Source: Podarcis liolepis (taxonomy: Eukaryota). From it: a stretch of 64,000 nucleotides of DNA. Below the pieces are notes generated by a model, which saw only the letters and a program-made list of their open reading frames with translations, was not told the DNA's origin and did no database searches. The position numbers were made by a program, and so were the translations under genes. Positions within the stretch are counted from its first letter, which is position 1. Every line of letters starts with the position of its first letter. The stretch lies in NCBI GenBank assembly GCA_965112155.1, contig OZ218105.1. The stretch is one strand, 5' to 3'. This document shows positions 50,328 through 61,445 of the stretch, in pieces.

Positions 50328-53300
50328 ATCTAAACCTTTGACCCCAGTTGTGATGAACTAAACTGCTTTATCAGCAAGGCAAATTTCTGATACCAAGTCA
50401 TAAACATCTGAGAAGTTCCTGGGCATGTAAAAATATTTTCTCGTTCTTACATTTGCTAAATGCTAAACTGGGAAGAAAACACCATTGACTTCAACAATTT
50501 CCAAGCAAACAACATTTCTAACAGGCTAATATATAAAGCTGCCGTATACAAAGTAAAACCATTGGTCCATCTCACTCACTACTGTCTACAGTGCATTGAA
50601 GTTGTCTTCCAGGGCTTCAGGCAGGGGTCTCTCCTGGCCCTAGCTCAAGATGCTAAGGATTGAACCTGGGACCTTCTGCATGCAAAGGAGTTGCTCTCCC
50701 ACTGAGGTATGCCCCTTTCCCTAGATGTCACTAAACATTTCCACAGAGATCATAGGATTTTGCTTAGCCATCCCATACAAAGCATTTATAACCTACAGAT
50801 AGCAAATCTTTGGAATTTGCACAGATATTTTTGTACATTCAAGGGGGAAAGGCTGTTTTCTTCTAGAAGATAGCCTTCACTTGTTTAAGTGAGGAGAATG
50901 TAATCTTAATAAAATCTGAAGGTCAGAACCTTTCCCCTGGACCGACTATAATGCAATGCTGTGGCTTCTGTCCAAAGCTAAGAGGTTGGGAAGTGGTGAA
51001 TTACTAGCTGCAGTATTAAGAGTGCTAGAAAAGGAAACATGGGCTGGGAAAATAAGAGGACACATGTACAAGTAAGCAATTTAGACAACTTATCCAAAGT
51101 GGAAGCAAGACCCTAAATTAAGCAACAGCACTGGAAGCCCAACCTTAAATTTGTTCCCACTGTGGTTGAGAAATTTCCATCCTACAGGCAGTGCAAGAGT
51201 GGAAGGCTAAAGACAAGGTCACTATTGTAACAGTCTAGCAGTTTGTGGTTTTGTAAATGCCTAGGTTATATACAGTTCAGCAATTCCCCATGCTCGAATC
51301 ATGTTAAGACAATTTGTGTAGGTGTGTTGTGCCAATGCTCACTGTTGCACCTGAAACAGTTACAAGCAGTTCTGTAAATTTATACTTATTTAATTGCATG
51401 CAAATACAAAAACACCAAAAGATTTGTGGGCCTGTTGTGCTAATAGCAAATCGTGCATAATGATACTGGAGGGAGGTGACTTCAATAGGCTGAGACATTT
51501 ACCTTTGCTTTTCATTCCCAACCTGGTAGCAGTAGTCTCTGTCCTGAACCAGAGTCTTGAAAACTATGGCCAGGGCTGGCCAAGACCATTAGGCAGAATG
51601 ATTTGAGGTATACTGAAAAGCCAGCAAATGGTTACCTATTTAATTCACTGTTGCTGGGGGTAAGAGAAACACTTGTGGGGTTTTTAACTTCAGATACAAA
51701 AATATACTGGCTAGTCTTGGCTACACTGCTGCAACTCAGGCAACAAAATATTTTGGGCCAGTCCTGACTATGACAAAGTGGATCATGAACTAAAACTGAA
51801 TCCAGATAAGATGGAATTGATTACCTGAGAGGAATATTTTTGATCTGGCATCAGCATATGATTAAAGGGGGCATTCCTGCTCCTAATGGATTATGTATGG
51901 ATTTTAGGGAGCCCTTAGAATAGTCTTCTTCAAGACTGCAACTCCCATCATCCCCGCTAGCTTAGCACAATAGTCAGGGATGATAGGAGTTGTAGTCCAA
52001 CAACTTCTGGGGACCCAAGGTTGAAGAATTCTGCCCTGGATCTAGGACTGCTTTGGAAAGCTTAAGTGACAGCTACTTCCATGAGTGCATTTTATCAACT
52101 ACAGTTCATCAATAAACAAAAGCTAATCCTGGAGAACCGGAAATTATTTTCTAACCACCCGAAGAATTAGAGGCCTACCTATCACCACCCACAGCTTAGC
52201 AATGCCAAGGAAACAACTGCAACATTGTCTTCTACACAGAGCTACTTTTGAAGAGCTACAGTTGGTGGACAACAGGAGAGTCTGCCTCTTGGCAGGGGTG
52301 AAAACCCCATATTCAACCACTGTGATCCAACATCACTTGATATTAGCAGTATTCTAAGGAAGTACAGAAAAGCCTTAGACAATATTGAAGACCACAGAAT
52401 TCCGCTTCTTAGCACCTCCACTTTTAGCTTAAAATAAGCAAGTTTATAGGCCTTATGATTGCAAAATACATGTTTCAAATATTGTCAGCCCCCCTAAAAT
52501 TAAAGAACACACTTTATCTGCCAAATTCTATTATCTGTATACAACAAAAAACATTAGTTCAATAGCCACCCACAATTATTATTTTTTCCACTGTAGTAGA
52601 AATGTGGAATAGTCTACTAAGTATAATTAAGCAACAGGTGTGTTAAAAGTCACAAAGATATTTATTTCTAAATGTTCTCTTGAGTTTTGTTTTGTTAATT
52701 AAGCTACTAATCCTTGGCGATAAATTCTCAACACTGTCACACAGCTGCCTACAATGCTTTCTTAGTGTGTCAAACCTAGTTATCTTGCTTCCTGAGTCTT
52801 TCAGTGTTAATGTTGAAACATCACTGTTGCTAATTGAAGTGAGTGCTTTTTTGACATGTCAACTCTTATTTCCAATTACTTTGAAGCCCAAAAAGACTTT
52901 GTCTATCTATAGCTTTAGTCCAAAAGTATTAACTTTGCCTATGTGAAATTCTCTCTCACACGCACATACACATGAGAGAGTGGGAGATGAATTCATGGAC
53001 TTCAGCAAAAGAAAAGCATCTGATAAATGCATACCAGCATCTGGGCTGAGTTTGGTTGACCGCATAATTGGGTTGACCGCATAATTGGGCACAGATAACA
53101 CATGTACCATATGGAATTCTCCCTTTCTTGGTATACCTCTCCCTACTTAAAACACTCTTGCATACATATCGGCATATTAAACAAGTCTGACATTGCTGTA
53201 CTTTTGGTCTGCATCAACATGCTTCTTGTTAGTTAAGTAAATAAGAGAACTAGAACTACCTAAGCTTGCTTTCATCCATATATAGAAGATCATAGGTTGC

Positions 53301-54473
53301 CATTTTCCCATTACTCTTCCCCTACATCTTTGGCAGCTGGAGCCACTGCTCTGGTGATGGGGTCAGGGGGCCATGCTCTAAATCTTCACATGCCAAGATG
53401 CATAACATCAAGTCTAATGCCCAGAAGAAGGAACTACTGATGCAGAAGGTCACTAATTGCCAGTTTCTCTGCATTACAAGGGTTCTGGAAAGAAAGCCCC
53501 ACAAGAGAGATATAAGAATGGGGACACATCCTGACCCTTTAAAATCGCCAAGGGATTCCACAGAAGGTAGAGGCAGCCAAATGCTAAATAAAATAAAAAA
53601 TATGAATTTCCCTACTTGGGTGAGCACACATTACATTTTCAGGATATTTCCAAAGCAGCACTAAAGGAGACTTTTAGAAATAGGAAGACAGTGTGTTATA
53701 TGATCTGCAGAATTCAACAAAATGTGTTTATTCAAAATAATACACACAGAGAGAAAGTAGCATATGTAAGCTACCATGCTGAACAGCCACTCCTGCTTTG
53801 AAGTTAAATAAAATAGAATAAAATCAGGAGATCTGATCACAGAACTTCCACACCATGTGATATTTGGTTCTGCAAAACATGAGATCCCTCTGAACCCTCA
53901 GATCCCATCAGTACCAGGGTTACACGCAACACCATAGAAGGTGCATGGCCAGAACTCCTGATGTGATATAGGTTTCAGCATAACCTTTTGCAATCTCATT
54001 CTTAGGAGCACAGCTAGGAAACATGTGTCCCTCCCGATTTTGCTGAATTAAAACCATCCCAGACTCTGGCTGCAGCTGCTGGGATTGAAGACCAACGCGT
54101 CCTCTATAGTACAGTGTCTGTGCAACCACATTTATTTGCATGAATGTGTGCCTCTATCACTGCTTTCCACATGCATGCTTTTTCTGCCATATATTTTGCG
54201 AAACCCTCACTCTCAAGGGATTTGTTCTATTTCCTTCAACTGCTGTATCTCAAAAGATACACAAAACAGACTGCTCTTCTTCTGGTGTCCAACTGCATGG
54301 GTACCAGCAGCAAAGGCAGTCTGCAGTTAATTATACGGAATTCATGTTTTTCACCTTCCTTGCCACCAACCATGGTATCTTTGTTTTACTATACATATTT
54401 TTTTTAAGTTGTATGGAAGTCACTTGGGCATAAAGGTATTTGAATTGCATTTGCATTTATTTCATGCATTACC

Positions 54474-54474
54474 G

Positions 54475-54518
<44 letters not shown>
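54474..54518. repeat. (GTT)n microsatellite
   Basis: Read directly; it produces the polyL/polyC/polyQ ORFs in the track. Confidence 0.95.
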
Positions 54519-54521
<3 letters not shown>

Positions 54522-54807
54522 TGCACTTATTAGTTGCTTTTCTTTTGCAAAAACAACCCAAAGTTGGAGGGGAGAGAACCAAGGTAAAGAGAAATGTTTT
54601 TGTCTGGCACTTAAAAGTAGATAGTGGTGGTATCAGGCGTATCTCCCTGGGGAGAGCACTCCAGATGTTACTGGAATCAACTCCCATCATCTTTGACCGC
54701 TGGCCATCCTGGCTGGGGCTTCTGGGAGATAGAGTCCAGCAACTTTATACTGCAAACCATCCTGTGATCTTTGGATGAAAGGATGAAAGGCAGTATATTA
54801 CTTTAAT

Positions 54808-54809
<2 letters not shown>

Positions 54810-54843
<34 letters not shown>
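54810..54843. repeat. (ATC)n microsatellite
   Basis: Read directly. Confidence 0.95.
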
Positions 54844-56039
54844 CAAGTGGGGAGCCACCACTGAAAAGGCCTGTTCTTATGTCACTTTCCTCTGCATTTC
54901 CTCGGAGGGGGGGCACACAGAAAGGATGTTGGATGCCAAATGCAGGGTGTGGGTCAGTTCATGTGGGGACAGGTGGCCCTTCAGGTATTGGGGTCCTGAG
55001 CCACATATGGGTCAAAACCAGCACTTTGCATTGAGCTTAAACTGTGCAATTGCTATTTTTAATCTTAATCACTCTGCATGTACAACTTCTAATTCTTTCT
55101 ATACATGCCATTTTAAAAATGGTTTTTACATATGCAGCTGTTATATACAGGTTTTTATTATATTGTAATACTATACTCCCCACAAGACCTCTGCACATCA
55201 AAAGCCAAAGGATTTGTGAGGAAAGACTGTCCAGAAGAAACAAGAGACTCACAGTGCTTCTGACTTTCGGATAAAGCCCAGCATGACAACCCCCTCACTC
55301 CCAGTCCAGGACATGGAGAAAACTCAGATGAAGACAGAGGGTCAGGGGCACATGAAAAGCAAACCAAAACATGTAGACACCCGTTAAGGCATAAGAAAAG
55401 CGCCTCAGCTATTTTAGCATTTTAAGCACTGCCTCTTCACAATTAGTGGAACAATTTCAGTGTTTTTCTTCCAATGCCGCACATTTTATTGGCAGCGACA
55501 AAACTTTTAAATCTTATTGGAAATCAGAGAAAGGAGAAAGCACAGCAGGGGACCATTCCCTTAGGCTGATGATTTGAACACAATTTAGTTTACAGTTAAC
55601 TCGCAGCATGGCTTCTGTAATGTCCTTTATCATCTATGAAGCTGTTCTCTCATTGCTCATTATCATTATCCATAAAAAGACAAGAAAAGATGTTTTGATG
55701 CAAAACAGGATAAGAGTTATTTGCGCAAGGGCGAAAAAAATCTCTTTGCAATCATCTGTATTTTAAAAGATGGCTCCCTTTATACCTGCAGAAGAAATCA
55801 GGTAGAGGAGGTAGCAACATGTATCCTAGTTGTGTATTGGTGTGGAAGGGAGGGGGACTAATCATACTGAATGCTAGTTTATGCATTCCACTTTCTGCAT
55901 GAGGAAGCTGTCTCAATCTTAGGCACACCGCTGGTCCATCTAGTGCATTATCTTTACACTATTGTCACACTGACTGACAGCAGCTCTCCAGCATTTCAGA
56001 GAAAGGAATTGAACCTGGAACCTTCTGCATGCAAATCAG

Positions 56040-56372
56040 ATAATAATAATAATAATTTATTATTTGTACCCCGCCCATCTGGCTGGGCTTCCCCAGCCAT
56101 TCTGGGCTGCTTCCAAAAAAAAAATTAAAATACTCTAATACATCAAACATTAAAAACTTCCCTAAACAGGGCTGCCTTCAGATGTCTTCTAAAAGTCTGG
56201 TAGTTGTTGTTCTCTTTGACATCTGGTGGGAGGGCATTCCACAGGGAGGGCGCCACTACCAAGAAGGCCCTCTGCCTGGTTCCCTGTAACTTGGCTTCTC
56301 GCAGTGAGGGAACTGCCAGAAGGCCCTCGGCGCTGGACCTCAGTGTCCGGGTAGAACGATGGGGATGGAGAC
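56040..56372 (-). mobile_element. L2-type LINE 3' fragment
   Basis: Same family as 35295-35513 in the opposite orientation, with (TTA)n tail; includes the ORF2 C-terminal region. Confidence 0.8.
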
Positions 56373-57976
56373 TTATAGATACCCTAACACTGATCTATAA
56401 TCCTACATAGATCCACTAAGGTGGGGAATAGATAAGAGTGGGTGGGAAAAATAAAGAGAAAGTACATATGGTGTGTGAGTCTGCATGTGTGGAGGTTTTT
56501 CTGCTCACCTCAATGGAATGAAAGTATTTCAGCAAACTCTGGTAAACCGTCTGCTGAAGTAGGCTGTTTCATAGGAAAAGCATGATGAAACCTCATTCCT
56601 AAGCTGCTGCAGAATTTTCCCTCAAACTCTGGCAATTCTGCTCCAAAGACCATTACGGACAGAGAGCAAAGCCTTTTTTTAAAAAAAAATGTAGATATGG
56701 AGAGTCTGTTTTCTAGCAGGGTCTGTCCTCACAAGTCCTCTTTGAGGTCACTGAGTAGGTGGAGACCAAGCAGCTGTGCCAAGAGGACTGGTGGAGTCAG
56801 CAAACACAGCTATCGAGCAGACACTCGCCAAAAATTCCACAGGGGGAGAAAGAAAACAAGAAGCGCCAAAAGTGGTTTGCCTTCTACGGGCATCCAGTTG
56901 TTAGGTGTGTTTTCTTTAAATACAGTGGTGAAAACACACAGACACAAGGCACCAGGATAAATTATAAAAGCCAGAATGCCAGCCTGACGAACTGCATTGA
57001 TGTGGCATCTTCTCTGGGTTCAGAGCTTGGCTCCGGCCTTCCTTGGCATTCCTCCTTTCCCCAGCACGAAATCAATTACCTAAGGCAAGCCTCCAAATGA
57101 TTTAGAAACTTGTGCATGGCTTTAGGTTCTTCTTTCCTCCCTCCACTCTCAATCTCAGTCTTTACAGAAGGGGGGTGGGGTGGAAAAGTAATATCCGGGC
57201 AACACCCCTTCCAAGTCACCCGTTTCAGTCTCTAGAGGGAAGGACTGATTAAGGGGAACACGTAACATTGCTGAGGTGTTCCTCCAGCTTTTTACAGGCT
57301 CGGGATAATCACTGTACTTGCCAACTGCTAGCTGCATTCTGGAGGATTGCTCATATACTCCAAGAGCTCACACATGTGCTGATTTTGTAGGATTTGGAGA
57401 GATTAGTAACCTGTAACTGCCAACAGTCCATAGCTTGAGGCAAAAAATAGATAACCTCGGCTAACCTCGATTCGAAATAACCGTTCCTTCCCTTCCCTCT
57501 TTCCTGTGGTGCAAGCAAAATGGCAGAAAGACATTTCTTTTATCAATACACTCACTTGAATACTGCCTGTTTCAGCATCCTACTGCACACCTTAAGCTAC
57601 TAAAACAAATAAATAAAATGACAGGGGGGGAGGACACAGAGTGATGAGGTTTAACTTTCAGGCTTTTACTAATGCATTATGCTTTGAGCTGGTACCTATC
57701 AAACAGACACTCCGGGGCTTCAGAGCTGTTCTCATCAAAACACAAAATGGATAAACGATGGACTCAGAAACAATCAAGCACCCTTTACTTGCCTCGCAGA
57801 TGGCTGAACCGAAAGGCTAAGCATGTAAATCAACATTCCTATTCCTCCTCACTTTCTGCACTTTAGTCGTAATCCTTTCACCTGGTGTAAACACACATGC
57901 TGTATTATTTGGACTAGAGACCACCCAGCAATAGCCTGCCATCTTTCATTATCTGCTGTAAGTGGGAGAGGGTGAT

Positions 57977-57978
<2 letters not shown>

Positions 57979-58013
<35 letters not shown>
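57979..58013. repeat. (GT)n microsatellite
   Basis: Read directly. Confidence 0.95.
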
Positions 58014-58014
<1 letters not shown>

Positions 58015-58433
58015 CAAATCCTTTAACAGCATTCCACCTGGAATTTGTCCAAACGTTCACCTATCAAATGTCATCATATAAGAGTACCTGAAACTTCAGA
58101 AAATACTTCACAGCATGAAAGCACAAAAGGACTGTCTTGTAGATACAAATATTAAACCCAACACCTCATCACTCTGCCCCCTCTGTCACCAAGCTGCCCT
58201 AACACATGTGCTGCCTGAAGTGGACAAGCAAAAGCTGCCCCACACTCTGTTGCTGCCCCCCAAGCTCTGGGCCCCACTTTGCCGCACACACTGCAATTTC
58301 CTCCTCCCCATTCAGTGACGAACTTGGTCAGTTGTGTGAATTGTGTGGCTTTTAAAAATAGGAGTGGGAGCTTTTAAAATGCCATGTTGTGAACTGCCCT
58401 AAGATCTACGGGTACAGGGAGGAACATCATTTC

Positions 58434-58493
<60 letters not shown>
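58434..58493. repeat. (ATA)n microsatellite
   Basis: Read directly. Confidence 0.95.
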
Positions 58494-58494
<1 letters not shown>

Positions 58495-58654
58495 GTGTTG
58501 GCAGGATTTGGTAAACTGTATATGGAATGGGTGCAAATGACTGGGGTTGACAAACAGTAGGCCTGCATTTCTATTTATCAAGCCAAAATATGGCAGACCC
58601 ACTCTAGAAATATATACAAGTGATATCCATAGTTCAGCTATCCTCTTTACCACT

Positions 58655-58689
<35 letters not shown>

Positions 58690-59816
58690 AATTTCTCTGG
58701 TGACCAGTTTCTCCCCGTTTTTGCCAACCAAGTCTGCTAGGATACTGCATAAAAAGATTTAACATATTCAGATATTTTTTGAGCACTTTGTACAAGTGCA
58801 CCTTACCTAAAGACAGCATCTAACCCACAAAACCAAAAAATGGTTGGAAATGAGAGCTTGAAGGTATCGGCTAATTTTGAATTACATTACATATTGTGTC
58901 TTTACTTAATCTCTTTTCAAATCAAGTAATATTATAATTGCAATATCATTCCATTGTGTTTCATGTCTCCCAAACACCAAATTAGTGTGAATATTAAAAC
59001 AAGCTGAAGCTTTATAGTTTAATTACTTTAAGTATATTTGCCGTGACTTGCTGCAAGTACTGGAAGGGTGGGGGCTTGGAGGTTTGGAGAATATATAAGA
59101 GACTGACTTGCAGTCTCTAAGACAGAGTTTTTAACCAAAAATGACTCTTGAATTCTGACCTTTGGGCTCCGTATTATGAAGAATAGTCTAAATTAGAATA
59201 CTGCAGAACATTCCAGCTCTTGGTAAAGTGATGGCAAATCATTACAGCCCTTATTTTAAGATGATCAAACGAATCTTAATGAAACATGCTTGCGTTCTAT
59301 GCTGTTAACAGCCACTTTGTATTCCTAGATCTACCTTAATGACAAATTTGGCACCGTTCCTCTAGGACTAATCACACAGGCAGTCTGAAAACCTGCTTAT
59401 GTATTTAATATTAACATTATTTTTAAAGCATTGTCTTTCATCATTTAACACCATTTCCAAATGCAAAGCCAACTTCTCTGAGACTTTAAAACAGTCCAGG
59501 ATGCAGCCAAGGAAGCATTCAGCAATATGGAGATAGTGTTGTATATGGCTCAGTTCCAAGCTTTACGGTGCCTGGATCACTGTGGCTTAATTTGTTAAGA
59601 CTCATTATTTTAAAAAACTTTATTCTGGGAAGGCCTTGACAAAAATCCCTTATTATAGTTGGACTGTCCAAGGACTGGAGCTTTATTCTTGCCGAGTGTT
59701 TATTAAAAATGTAGACTGCGGTGCTCTGTAGACTTACCTTGGCATAAACCCCACTGAACTTAGTAGGATGTTCACACACAAAAATATGATAAAAACATAC
59801 AATGAACAACTGCATA

Positions 59817-59988
59817 CAGGCGGTGGCCATTTTGCACGGGGGTGCCATTCCTGGCCCCCACCCATCAGTGGCGCATACATAAAGCCCACCCCAATCCAAC
59901 CCCCATTCTACCCTCTTCCAGGTCCAAAAGGACTCATGTTGTCATTGGTTGCACATCAGATGGATGCACACAAAATGGCTGCCGCCTG
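59817..59988. mobile_element. TA-flanked MITE with CAGGCGG TIRs (family E)
   Basis: TA|CAGGCGGTGGCCATTTTG...CAAAATGGCTGCCGCCTG|TA. Confidence 0.75.
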
Positions 59989-60632
59989 TACATAAAAAGA
60001 GCTAAGCATTTGCATACATAAAAATAACCTTACATGTTATTTATTATTATTCAATATCAATTCACGTAGGGGGCACAAGGCCACATGTACCACCACATGA
60101 CCAGCTTCCCTGTCCATCTCCAGCCTTCCCATGTTCAACAAGGAAGGTTTGAAGAAGGCTTCTATCCATGTTTAAACTGAGGGAGAGGTACTGCTTTTGT
60201 TTGTTGCATTGTTATGCATTTTTGTTTCTTTATATCATAAATCACCCTGTGATCCTTGGATGAAGATCGGCATGGAAATAAATAAATAAGTAAGTAAATA
60301 AGTAAATATTGAAAGACAGCCCCTTTCAGAGCTCCCCTGCTCAAAATACGAAGGTCAGAAACAGAGAGTGCAGAGCCAGCATACACGGGAACTTTTGTAG
60401 TGGTGGGAGAATAAACATGACCCCAACATCATCATGCTCAGTCAGAGCTATTGTCTATTTCTGGCATTTCTGACTTGGTCTTTTCTGCTCAAAATTTGCC
60501 TGTGCTTTTTTATTATTCTCCTTTTCATCTCACCTTCCTCCCATGGTGAAGACATGTCAAACTGGGCTACTTAAATCTTCCTAACTGCACAATCCTGTGT
60601 GCATCTACTCAGAAGCAAGCTCCACTGATTTT

Positions 60633-60900
60633 AGAAGAAGAGGAGGAGGAGGAGGAGGAGTTTGGATTTGATATCCCGCCTTTCACTCCCTTTTTTAAGG
60701 AGTCTCAAAGCGGCTAACATTCTCCTTTCCCTTCCTCCCCCACAACAAACACTCTGTGAGATGAGTGGGGCTGAGAGACTTCAAAGAAGTGTGACTGGCC
60801 CAAGGTCACCCAGCAGCTGTGTGTGGAGGAGCGGGGAAGCGAACCCGGTTCCCCAGATTACGAGACTACCGCTCTTAACCACTACACCACACTGGCTCTC
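60633..60900 (-). mobile_element. Full-length tRNA-derived CORE-type SINE (Squam3-like) with (CTC/CTT)n tail
   Basis: Minus strand GAGAGCCAGTGTGGTGTAGTGGTTAAGAGC (A box)...GGGTTCGCTTCCC (B box)...GCTGGGTGACCTTGGGCCAGTCAC (CORE). Confidence 0.85.
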
Positions 60901-61057
60901 AAATTTTAAAAGAACTTACAAGTTAAACATGGTTAGGACTACATCTTAAGCTTTTCCCACTGACCCCACTTAATTCTCAGTGAATTCTTTTATCTTATCA
61001 AGGCTGCGTTATTCTGATTTGTCTCTTGCGGGCTTCCCTTTATCTCACCTTAGGTCT

Positions 61058-61370
61058 TTCCTCATAAGGCACCGTTCCTCATAAGGCATCGTTTCCAGGC
61101 CTTTGACCATTTTGGTTGCCCTCCTCTGGACACGTTCCAGTTTGTCAATGTCCTTCTTGAACTGTGGTGCCAGAACTGGACACAGTACTCCAGGTGAGGT
61201 CTGACCAGAGCAGAATACAGTGGCACTATTACTTCCCTTGATCTAGATGCTATACTCCTATTGATGCAGCCCAGAACTGCATTGGCTTTTTTAGCTGCCG
61301 CGTCACACTGTTGGCTCATGTCAAGTGGTCAACCAAGACTCCTAGATCCTTTTCACATGTACTGCTCTCG
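61058..61370 (-). mobile_element. Internal CR1 ORF2 fragment lacking both 5' part and 3' tail
   Basis: [50 protein letters not shown] is the CR1 ORF2 C-terminal motif. Confidence 0.9.
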
Positions 61371-61445
61371 ACTTGGAGATATACAGTATCTCCACTTGGA
61401 GATATACAGTATCTCCACTTGGAGATATACAGTATCTCCAAGTGG
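61371..61445. repeat. Three copies of a 23-bp palindromic tandem repeat
   Basis: ACTTGGAGATATACAGTATCTCC at 61371, 61394 and 61417. Confidence 0.95.

Noticed and set aside
54409-54778. PolyL, polyC and polyQ ORFs
   Set aside because: Translations of a (GTT)n microsatellite beside decayed L2 and MITE sequence.
59730-59765. Consensus donor AAG|gtaagt on the minus strand
   Set aside because: Lies in what looks like a short dispersed repeat motif, with no matching acceptor.
61371-61445. CRISPR-like palindromic direct repeats
   Set aside because: No spacers, only three abutting copies, eukaryotic context and no cas genes.
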